64,000 bases of DNA from an uncultured Chloroflexia bacterium. GTDB lineage: Bacteria; Chloroflexota; Dehalococcoidia; UBA2979. The stretch lies in assembly GCA_963728205.1 (NCBI GenBank), contig CAVSIV010000004.1:64001-128000 (forward strand). Reading direction: 5' to 3'. The position numbers and the translations under genes were made by a program. This document shows, piece after piece, positions 10,419 through 19,776 of the stretch; position 1 is the stretch's first letter; each line of letters starts with the position of its first letter. The notes below the pieces were generated by a model. It saw only the letters and a list, made by a program, of their open reading frames with translations, did no database searches and was not told the DNA's origin.

Positions 10419-10585
10419 CTGCTGGTTCCCTTCGCGCTCGGGCGTGACCGGGGGAGCTCGTGGCGTCTCGCACCAGTATAGGAACCGGCGCGCTGGCCGA
10501 AATCAGGGCCTTGCCGCACCCGCGCACGGCATCGAGACTCGAACGTGCGCCCGCCGCCCCCCGCGCTCGCGGCGCAACACCGGGG

Positions 10586-10990
10586 ATGCTCATGAGCTGG
10601 CTGCAGATCTACTACCGCTCGGCCGTGCTCGGGCGCTGCCCACACTGCGGCGTCGGTGCGATGTTCAAGGGCTATTACTCGCTGCACGAGCGCTGTGCGC
10701 ACTGCGGCACGCGCTTCGAAACCTCCGACGGCGCGTGGCTCGGCGCGGTCGCAGTGGGCTACGCATTCGGCGCGGCGTTCGGGATCATCGCGGCGGTCGT
10801 CGAGATCGTGTGGCGGCCGATCACGCACCTCGGCCTGGACCCCACATGGACGATCGCCATCGCGGCGCTGCCGGTGACGCTGCTCTGCTACCGGCCCGCC
10901 AAGGGACTGTGGTTTGGGCTGCTCTACCAGTTCGGGTTCATGGAGACGCCGGCCGGCAAGCAGGCGCCGCCGCCGGCCGCCGGCGCGTAG
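10586..10990 (+). CDS. DUF983-like Zn-ribbon membrane protein
   Basis: RCPHCGVGAMF...CAHCG followed by two TM helices and RPAKG; alternative start 10592. Confidence 0.75.
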   Translation: MLMSWLQIYYRSAVLGRCPHCGVGAMFKGYYSLHERCAHCGTRFETSDGAWLGAVAVGYAFGAAFGIIAAVVEIVWRPITHLGLDPTWTIAIAALPVTLLCYRPAKGLWFGLLYQFGFMETPAGKQAPPPAAGA

Positions 10991-11017
10991 CGCGCGGCGG
11001 CGGCCCGGCCGCGGCCG

Positions 11018-12682
11018 TCAGCGGATCGTCACCTGCTGCTCGACCGTCGGCGAGCCCTCCCGCTCGCTGACGATCGTCATCACGCTCCCGTGCCCCTGCT
11101 GCTGCGGCAGCAGCAGGCCGATGCACGCGCCGCCGGCGGCGACCACGCCGCAGCTCTTCACGACCGTCCCCTGCGGGTTCGCGGCGCTCCCCGCGTAGAT
11201 CGTGAACCTGCGCGCGGGACCGCTCGCGTTCACCACGCCGCCGATGGTGAACCGAATGCCGGCCTGCGGGACGTCGTACGCCCACGCGAGGTAGTCGAAG
11301 TCGACTCCCCACGCCGCCCACTGCACGCCGCCGGCCAGCGGCCCCGCGCCGGGCGCCGAGCAGCCGACCGAGTTGCAGGCGGCGAGCGTCGTCGCCTTCG
11401 CGCCGCTCGTGAGCACGCGCCGATTGGCCGCGCTCCCCGCCGCGCCCAGCACCAGCTGCCAGCTCACCGGCACCTGTGGCTGCGCGACCGACGAGCAGGC
11501 GCCGTCGGCGCAGAAGCGGTAGTCCGCCGCGTTCGGCACCGCGTCCCACTCGAGCAGCGCGCGGCCCCCGGACGGGAGGAAGCTCGCCAGCGACGGAGCC
11601 GTCCGCGGCGCCATGTTCGCCTGGTCGATCGAGATGGACACGTCGGCGCTCGCCGCGTGCAGGTAGAGATCGCGCGCGGTCACCTGCAGGCGCACCATCC
11701 CGCCGGCGGCCTGCGGCGCCGTGAAGCGCGCTGATGGGCCATCCGCCGTCACGGTCACCGTCGGCCCGCTGAGCTGCGTCCACAGGTAGGTGATGGCATC
11801 GCCCTCGGGATCGGATGCCCGCGCGCTCAGCGACACGCTCGTCCCGGTGAACGCATTCTGCGGACCTTGCAGGGTCACGGTGGGCGGCAGGTTCACGCCG
11901 TACAGCTCGGCGAGGCGCGCCCGCTCGGCGGCGCTCGCCGTCTGGCGGCAGCTGTTCGGGTCGTTCGGGTCGAAGGTCGGGTACATCAGGTCGCCGGGGT
12001 CGTCGCTGTGGCCGAGGCCCAGCGCGTGCCCCATCTCGTGCGCGACGATCGAGCGGAAGCAGCGGTCGGGCACGTTCATCTGGCTGTCGAGGATGATGTC
12101 GAACTCGTCGAACTGGCGATCCTGCACGGTGCCGAAGGACGGGATGTTGATCCAGCTCCCGCGCGCCACGCCCGCCGTCGTGCCCGAGATCACGTGGCGC
12201 GAGTCGTCGAAGGCGATCTCGTTCCGCGCGTCGTTCGTCTGCCAGGTGATCCCGCTGGTGCAGTCGCCGGTGTAGCCCACGCCGACGCCGACGTCGGTGG
12301 CGTTCCACATCGTGGCGGCGGCGGCGACGGCGTCGCGAAAGGCCTGCGCGGTGACGGTGGCCGGCCGGTTCGACTCCATGCTGCAGAACTGGACGGGGAC
12401 GCTCGCCAGTGCCCAGTGGCCGGGCGGGCCGCCGCATCCGCCGAAGTCGCCCGGGCCGCAGTCGGTGAAGAACTGGAGCGACTGCCCCTGGACGGCGCCG
12501 GGCGTGTGGTCGCTGATGACGTAGCCGTGGTCGTATGGGCGTGGGCCGGCGGGGGCGCCGCCATCGGCGCGCGCGGCGGCCGGGAGCGCGAGCGCGACGA
12601 GCGCGACGGCGAGAGTCGTGAGCAGCGCGAACCGCGAGGCCGGCGCCAGGCTGGGGATTCTCACGTGACCACCCGAGTTCAT
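11018..12682 (-). CDS. secreted matrixin-family (M10) zinc metalloprotease with PKD/Ig-like domain
   Basis: signal peptide ending ARA; HEMGHALGLGHS plus Met-turn DLMYP; ASDPEGDAITYLWTQLSGP PKD-like motif; start uncertain. Confidence 0.85.
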   Translation of the reverse strand: MNSGGHVRIPSLAPASRFALLTTLAVALVALALPAAARADGGAPAGPRPYDHGYVISDHTPGAVQGQSLQFFTDCGPGDFGGCGGPPGHWALASVPVQFCSMESNRPATVTAQAFRDAVAAAATMWNATDVGVGVGYTGDCTSGITWQTNDARNEIAFDDSRHVISGTTAGVARGSWINIPSFGTVQDRQFDEFDIILDSQMNVPDRCFRSIVAHEMGHALGLGHSDDPGDLMYPTFDPNDPNSCRQTASAAERARLAELYGVNLPPTVTLQGPQNAFTGTSVSLSARASDPEGDAITYLWTQLSGPTVTVTADGPSARFTAPQAAGGMVRLQVTARDLYLHAASADVSISIDQANMAPRTAPSLASFLPSGGRALLEWDAVPNAADYRFCADGACSSVAQPQVPVSWQLVLGAAGSAANRRVLTSGAKATTLAACNSVGCSAPGAGPLAGGVQWAAWGVDFDYLAWAYDVPQAGIRFTIGGVVNASGPARRFTIYAGSAANPQGTVVKSCGVVAAGGACIGLLLPQQQGHGSVMTIVSEREGSPTVEQQVTIR

Positions 12683-12846
12683 GCCGCCCGCCGTCACCAC
12701 GGCTGGACTGAGTGTAAACGGTCACGTCGCAAGGTTCGTTCTGTCGCGTCGCCGGACGCGCAGGCGCAGCCACGGCCGAGTTGACGGGCCGACACCCGCG
12801 GCCTATCTGTGACCGCGCCGCCCCACGCAGGGGCGAGGAGGTCCCG

Positions 12847-14049
12847 ATGACCGAGACGGCTCCCCGCGCGACCGGCTTCGCGCCCGCCACGATCGAGGCG
12901 CGCATCCGCGCCTTCGAGTCGTTCGGCATCCACCGCACCGGCTGGGAGGGCGACGACCGCACGAGCACGTGGCTGCGCGACGAGCTGCGCGCCGCCGGCG
13001 TCGACGCCGAGCTCGAGCGGTTCGACTTCCCCCGCGTCGAGGTGCGGCGCGCCCGCGTCTCCTGGTCCGACGGCGGCGCCGACGGCCTGCCGATGTACGA
13101 CGGCGGCTTCACCGACGCCGGCGGCATCGACGGCGAGCTGTGCGCCGAGGACGACGCCGACGTCTTCGGCAAGATCGTCGTCGCGACGTCCGGCCTGAGC
13201 GGCGACCGCACCTGGAGCGCACCCGGCGCGGACGCGCGCTACGACGAGCTCGTCGCTCAGGGCGCGGTCGGGCTGGTGGTGCCGTGCGGGGACCCCGACG
13301 GCAATATCGTCGTGCGCAACGCCGAGCGCATCCTGCGGCCGTTCAAGCTGCCCGTGCTGCAGGTCGCGCCGCGCGACGTGCGCGACCTGGCGGGCGCGCT
13401 GGTGGTCGGCACCGAGGGGGTGCTCGAGATCGACGGCGAGCGGCTGCGCTCGCGGGCCACGAACGTAGTCGCGACGCTGCCGGGGACGGACCCGGACGCG
13501 CGACCGGTGGGCGTGATGACGCCGAAGTCGGGGTGGTTCACCTGCGCGGCAGAGCGCGGGGGCGGCATCGCGATCTGGCTCGCGCTCGCCGAGGCGCTGG
13601 CGGCGATGCCGGCGCGGCGGCGGACCGTCCACCTGGTCGCCTCGGCCGGCCACGAGCTGCACCACCTGGGGCTGCTCGACTACTTCAAGCGCCGGCCGGA
13701 CGCCGCGCCGGGCGCGGCGGCGTGGCTGCACCTCGGCGCGTCGATTGGGGCGCGCGAGCCGGCGGCGCGCATGGGCGCGAGCGGCGACGCGCTGCACGCG
13801 CTCGCCACCGGCGCGCTGGAGCGCGCCGGCGCGGGCCCCTACGAGCCGCTGCCGGCGGGCGCGCCGGGGGGCGGCGAGGCGCGCGAGATCCACGAGCGCG
13901 GCGGCCGCTTCGTCACGTTCCTGGGCGGCCACCGCTACTTCCACTCGCCGAGCGACACCGTCGAGCGCGCAGTCGACGCCGAGAGCGTCGCGCGCTGGGG
14001 CGCCGCCGCGCGGGAGATCGTCGAGGGCATGCTGGCGCTGCCCGACTGA
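12847..14049 (+). CDS. M28-like/PA-domain protein with atypical metal ligands
   Basis: HRTGWEGD N-terminus, PA-like insert, ATNVVATLPG, ERGGGIA, GHEL and YFHSPSDT order matches the M28 fold; RBS GAGGAGG. Confidence 0.65.
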   Translation: MTETAPRATGFAPATIEARIRAFESFGIHRTGWEGDDRTSTWLRDELRAAGVDAELERFDFPRVEVRRARVSWSDGGADGLPMYDGGFTDAGGIDGELCAEDDADVFGKIVVATSGLSGDRTWSAPGADARYDELVAQGAVGLVVPCGDPDGNIVVRNAERILRPFKLPVLQVAPRDVRDLAGALVVGTEGVLEIDGERLRSRATNVVATLPGTDPDARPVGVMTPKSGWFTCAAERGGGIAIWLALAEALAAMPARRRTVHLVASAGHELHHLGLLDYFKRRPDAAPGAAAWLHLGASIGAREPAARMGASGDALHALATGALERAGAGPYEPLPAGAPGGGEAREIHERGGRFVTFLGGHRYFHSPSDTVERAVDAESVARWGAAAREIVEGMLALPD

Positions 14050-14097
14050 GGGCGCGGCGCACCCGCGGGGCGCGGAACGCGCAAGCGTTTCCGACCA

Positions 14098-14132
14098 TTC
14101 GGCAGGCAACCGATCTGTTCGGCAGGCAATCG
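14098..14132 (+). promoter_or_regulatory. tandem direct repeat, candidate operator
   Basis: TTCGGCAGGCAA(C/T)CG at 14098 and 14118 (20-nt period), just upstream of the phosphotriesterase RBS. Confidence 0.5.
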
Positions 14133-14154
14133 TTCCCGTCCTGAGGAGGCATCC

Positions 14155-15128
14155 GTGAGCAGCGTCCAGACCATCCGCGGGCAGATCGACTCCTCGGCGC
14201 TGGGAAAGACGCTCTCCCACGAGCACCTCACCAACGGCGTGAGTGGCATGGAGCGCATCCCCGGCCTGTTCGACCGCGACGAGATGGTCGACCGCTGCGT
14301 CGAGGCGCTGGAGCGCGTGCACCGCTCCGGCATCGACAGCGTGATCGACCTCACGCCGTTCGACCTCGGCCGCCAGGTGTGGCTCTTCGAGCGCGTCGCG
14401 GAGCGCTCGCCCGTGAACGTGGTCTGCGCGACGGGCGTCTACCGCTGGGTGCCCTCCATCTACTTCGGGTGGGACGAGGACGAGATCGCCGCGCACTGGT
14501 CGCGCGAGATCCAGGACGGCATCGAGGGGACGTCGGTGCGCGCCGGCATCATCAAGCTGGCCTGGGACTTCGAGTACCGGCTGAACGACGGCAACCCGCG
14601 CTTCACGCCGCGCGGCGATGCTCGAGAAGACCGCCCGCGCCGCCGCCCGCACGGCGAAGGCGACGGGCGTGCCGATCTCGTGCCACACACGCGCCGTCGA
14701 CGAGCTCGGCACACCGCTGCTCGACATCTTCGAGGACGAGGGGCTGGACCTGCGCGCGGTCACGATTGGTCACTCGAACGATACGCAGGACCTCACGTAC
14801 CTGAAGGCGCTTGCCGAGCGCGGGTGCCGTCGTTGGGCTCGACCGCTTCTTCTCGCGCGAGGACGACTACGTCGCGCAGCGCTCCGGCATCGCGCTCGCG
14901 CTGATCCAGGCGGGCTTCGCCGAGCAGGTCTGCCTCGGCCACGACGCCACGCCCGCCGGCCTCTGGGGCCGGTGGCGCGAGGAGCGCAACCCGGAGTGCT
15001 GGTGCCTCGTCCCCGACTACGAGGTCCCGTGGCTGCGCGCCAACGGCGCGACCGACGACGACGTCGACGCCGTGCTGCGCCGCTCGATCCGGTCGACGTT
15101 CGAAGCCGCGGCGGCGATGGCGGGCTGA
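14155..15128 (+). CDS. phosphotriesterase-family amidohydrolase, two +1 frameshifts (~14615, ~14830)
   Basis: VQTIRGQI...LGKTLSHEHL, AGIIKLA, PISCHT, IGHS and LGHD motifs over three successive frames. Confidence 0.85.
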
Positions 15129-15138
15129 CGCCAGCCAC

Positions 15139-15307
15139 GGCGAGCAGGGCGGCGTGAGCCCCCGGTTTCCGGCGCCCCATCCCATCGCGGGCGACCGACC
15201 GCCTCGCCCCGACGCCCGCGCGTGAGGGACCCTGTGGCCTCGTGGCCCCGCTTCGTGATCGGCCGCCGGAAACCGGCGGCTGACACCACCCGGCTCGCCC
15301 CATCCCA
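15139..15307. repeat. intergenic element with 36-nt inverted arms
   Basis: 15139-15174 vs reverse complement of 15264-15299 match 31/36; CGCCCCATCCCA direct repeat at 15173 and 15296. Confidence 0.65.
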
Positions 15308-15451
15308 CCCTTGCCCGGTTGCGCTAGCCTCGATTCGCCTCCGCCCCACCGCTAGGAGGCGCGACCGCCACCCCGGACCTGCTGGGCCGTCGTTGCCGGG
15401 CGCGCGGGCGGCGTGCGTATACTCCGGCTCGCATCGGACGGGGGGACGACG

Positions 15452-17200
<1,749 letters not shown>

Positions 17201-17299
17201 CGGGCCCGGCGCGCGGAACGCGCCAGCGTCCCGACGAGCCACGTAGGTACGGCGGCGCGCCCCGGCGGGCGCGCCGCTGTGTGACGGATGGGACGTGCG

Positions 17300-18448
17300 A
17301 TGCCGACCGACGCGAGCGACGAGATCCAGATCGACCGCGGCCTGAACGGCGTCTACTTCGACCGCAGCAACGTCTGCTTCATCGACGGTCGCGAGGGCCG
17401 GCTGCTCTACCGCGGCTACAACATCCACGACCTCGCCGAGCGGTCGACCTCCGAGGAGACCGCCTACCTCCTGCTCCACGGCGAGTTGCCCACGCGCGAG
17501 CAGCTCACGGCGTTCGACGCCGAGCTGAAGGCGGCCCGCGCCATCCCGGCGCCGGTGCTCGACATCATTCGGGCGGTGAAGGACGCGCACCCGATGGAGG
17601 TGCTGCGCACCGCCGTTTCCGCGCTCGGCGCGTTCGACCCGGAGGTCGCCGACAACTCCATGGAGGCGACGCGCCGCAAGGGCGTGCGCCTGTCCGCGCA
17701 GGTGCCGATGCTGATCGCTGCCCACCACCGCATTCGCTCCGGCGAGGAGCCGGTTGCCCCGCGCGACGACCTCGGCCAGGCCGCGAACTTCCTCTACTGC
17801 CTCAAGGGCGAGGCCCCCTCCGCGGACGCCGCGAGCCTGATGGACACCGACTTCATCCTCCACGCCGAGCACGGCTCGAACGCCTCCGCCTTCACCGCGC
17901 GCGTCGTCGCCGGCACCGCGGCCAACCTGCACGCGGCGGTCACCGCCGCCGTCGCCGCGCTGTCCGGGCCCGCGCACGGCGGCGCGGCCGAGAACGTGAT
18001 GCGCATGGCGCAGGAGATCGGCGAGCCGGAGCGCGCGCAGGCGTACGTCGAGAACCTGCGCAAGAACCGCCAGCCCGTGATGGGCTTCGGCCACCGCGTC
18101 TACCGCGCGGAGGACCCGCGCGCCCGCCACATGCGCGACGGCGTGAAGCGCCTCTCCGAGGAGATGGGCCAGCCGAAGTGGTACGCCATCCTGGAAGCGG
18201 TGGTGGAGGCGATGCGCCCGTACGCGCGGCTCGGCGTGAACGTGAACGTCGACTTCTACGCCGGCGTCGTCTACTACCTCCACGGCATCCCGGAGGATCT
18301 CTTCGTCCCGATTTTCGCCATCGGCCGCGTCCCGGGCTGGTCGGTGCAGGTGCTCGAGCAGTTCGAGCACAACATCCTGATCCGGCCGCTCACCCAGTAC
18401 ACCGGTCCCGACGAGCGTCCCTACGCGCCGATCGAGCGGCGGGGTTAA
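17300..18448 (+). CDS. gltA: citrate (or 2-methylcitrate) synthase
   Basis: LLYRGY, HPME, HAEHGSNAS, GPAHGGA, MGFGHRVY, DPRA and NVDFY motifs. Confidence 0.9.
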   Translation: MPTDASDEIQIDRGLNGVYFDRSNVCFIDGREGRLLYRGYNIHDLAERSTSEETAYLLLHGELPTREQLTAFDAELKAARAIPAPVLDIIRAVKDAHPMEVLRTAVSALGAFDPEVADNSMEATRRKGVRLSAQVPMLIAAHHRIRSGEEPVAPRDDLGQAANFLYCLKGEAPSADAASLMDTDFILHAEHGSNASAFTARVVAGTAANLHAAVTAAVAALSGPAHGGAAENVMRMAQEIGEPERAQAYVENLRKNRQPVMGFGHRVYRAEDPRARHMRDGVKRLSEEMGQPKWYAILEAVVEAMRPYARLGVNVNVDFYAGVVYYLHGIPEDLFVPIFAIGRVPGWSVQVLEQFEHNILIRPLTQYTGPDERPYAPIERRG

Positions 18449-18537
18449 ATGACGTCCCTGCACGTGCCGGCGGCCGAGCTGTCGCGCCACCCGTCGCCGC
18501 CGGCGCGCGGCCGCAGCGGCCCCACGAGCGTGTAGCG

Positions 18538-19164
18538 GTGCCGCTCCTGCCGGCCTTCCGCGGCGCCGCCGTCGCCCGCGGGCACCTTCCCGACGACACG
18601 CCCGTCACGGCCGCCGCCGCCTTCGCGCTCGTGCGCGACATGCCCTACGAGCGCGCGTCGTCGCGCGACCCTGCCGTCACCGTGGACGAGTGGCGCGGAA
18701 CCTGCTCCGGCAAGCACTACCTGCTGCGCGCGTTGTTCGAGGAGCTGGGCGTCCCGACGGTCCTGCTCGCATGCACGCACGCCTTCACGCTCGAGAACGC
18801 CCCGTGGGCGCCGCCCGACCTCCGCGCGATCCTCGAGGGCGGCCCCGTGCCCGACGTGCACAACTTCCTGCGCATCCAGCCCTTCCCCGGGACGGAGCGC
18901 GCCGATGAGTGGACCACCGTCGACGCCACCTGGCCGCTGGCGGCGGCGAGCCTGGGCCTGCCGGTGAACGAGCGCTTCGAGCTCGGTCGCGACCAGCGTG
19001 TGGCCTGTGACCCGATCGAGGTCTTTCACGTCCCGGACGACATCGACCCGCAGGAACTCAAGGAGCGACTGCTGGAGATCCATGTGGGGGACCAGGGCGA
19101 CCGGCGCGAGCGCTTCCTCGCCGGGATGATGCGCTGGCTGGCGGCGGAGCTAGCGGCGCGCTGA
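18538..19164 (+). CDS. transglutaminase-like Cys-His-Asp fold protein
   Basis: VRDMPY...GTCSGKH, DVHNFL and VDATWP pattern; start uncertain. Confidence 0.6.
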   Translation: MPLLPAFRGAAVARGHLPDDTPVTAAAAFALVRDMPYERASSRDPAVTVDEWRGTCSGKHYLLRALFEELGVPTVLLACTHAFTLENAPWAPPDLRAILEGGPVPDVHNFLRIQPFPGTERADEWTTVDATWPLAAASLGLPVNERFELGRDQRVACDPIEVFHVPDDIDPQELKERLLEIHVGDQGDRRERFLAGMMRWLAAELAAR

Positions 19165-19211
19165 GACGCGGTCCGCTGCATTCAAGCGCGAATGGGCGTT
19201 AGCATGCGCCC

Positions 19212-19514
19212 GTGCAATCCCAGTCGTTTCGCCAGTCGCTCGTACTCTCCATGCTCTTCACCGGCGTGTGGGGCGTCGTGGGCTACATCTGGGGCGGCCA
19301 GGACCTCCTGGCGACGCTGCTCCAGCTGCCGCTCTTCTTCGCGATCATCCTGTTGACGATGCGCGGAACGAACCGCATCACGAACATGCTGATGGGGCGG
19401 TTCGGCCCGAAGCCGAAGCCGCCGCCCCCGCCGCTGGAGCCGACCACGGACCGCCCCGAGCACGTCCAGCGCCGGCGCCGGTCGCGGCGCCGCAGGAGCG
19501 GCCGCAACGCCTGA
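19212..19514 (+). CDS. small two-TM membrane protein with basic C-terminal tail
   Basis: two hydrophobic segments, Pro-rich linker, Arg-rich end; -10-like TAGCAT 6 nt before GTG. Confidence 0.7.
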   Translation: MQSQSFRQSLVLSMLFTGVWGVVGYIWGGQDLLATLLQLPLFFAIILLTMRGTNRITNMLMGRFGPKPKPPPPPLEPTTDRPEHVQRRRRSRRRRSGRNA

Positions 19515-19539
19515 CGCGCCGTCCCCGGCGCACCGCCCG

Positions 19540-19585
19540 AAAACGAAGCGGCCCGACGATCAGCCTGATCGTCGGGCCGCTTCGT
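19540..19585 (-). terminator. intrinsic terminator (possibly bidirectional)
   Basis: perfect 21-nt inverted arms 19543-19563 and 19565-19585, ending in TTTT on the minus strand. Confidence 0.85.
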
Positions 19586-19604
19586 ACCTTTGCCGTCTAG
19601 CGGA

Positions 19605-19643
19605 CTAGGTCCACTCGATACCGGCAGTCCACTTCGCGCGCAT
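19605..19643 (-). CDS. 12-aa Trp-repeat micropeptide MRAKWTAGIEWT
   Basis: ATG CGC GCG AAG TGG ACT GCC GGT ATC GAG TGG ACC TAG; SD GAAGGGA 6 nt upstream; own promoter and terminator. Confidence 0.7.
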   Translation of the reverse strand: MRAKWTAGIEWT

Positions 19644-19685
19644 CGCGAATCCCTTCGCTCAGCACCGGCCCTCCGTGGCCGTCAA

Positions 19686-19715
19686 AATCTATGTGGAGTT
19701 AAGAATTCATGTCAA
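19686..19715 (-). promoter_or_regulatory. sigma70-type promoter for the micropeptide
   Basis: TTGACA (19715-19710), 18-nt AT-rich spacer, TAGATT (19691-19686). Confidence 0.75.
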
Positions 19716-19776
19716 TCCGCTGGATGACGTAAGGCCCAGCAGAACGGCGACCCGAGCGTGAGAGGAACGCTGCGAT

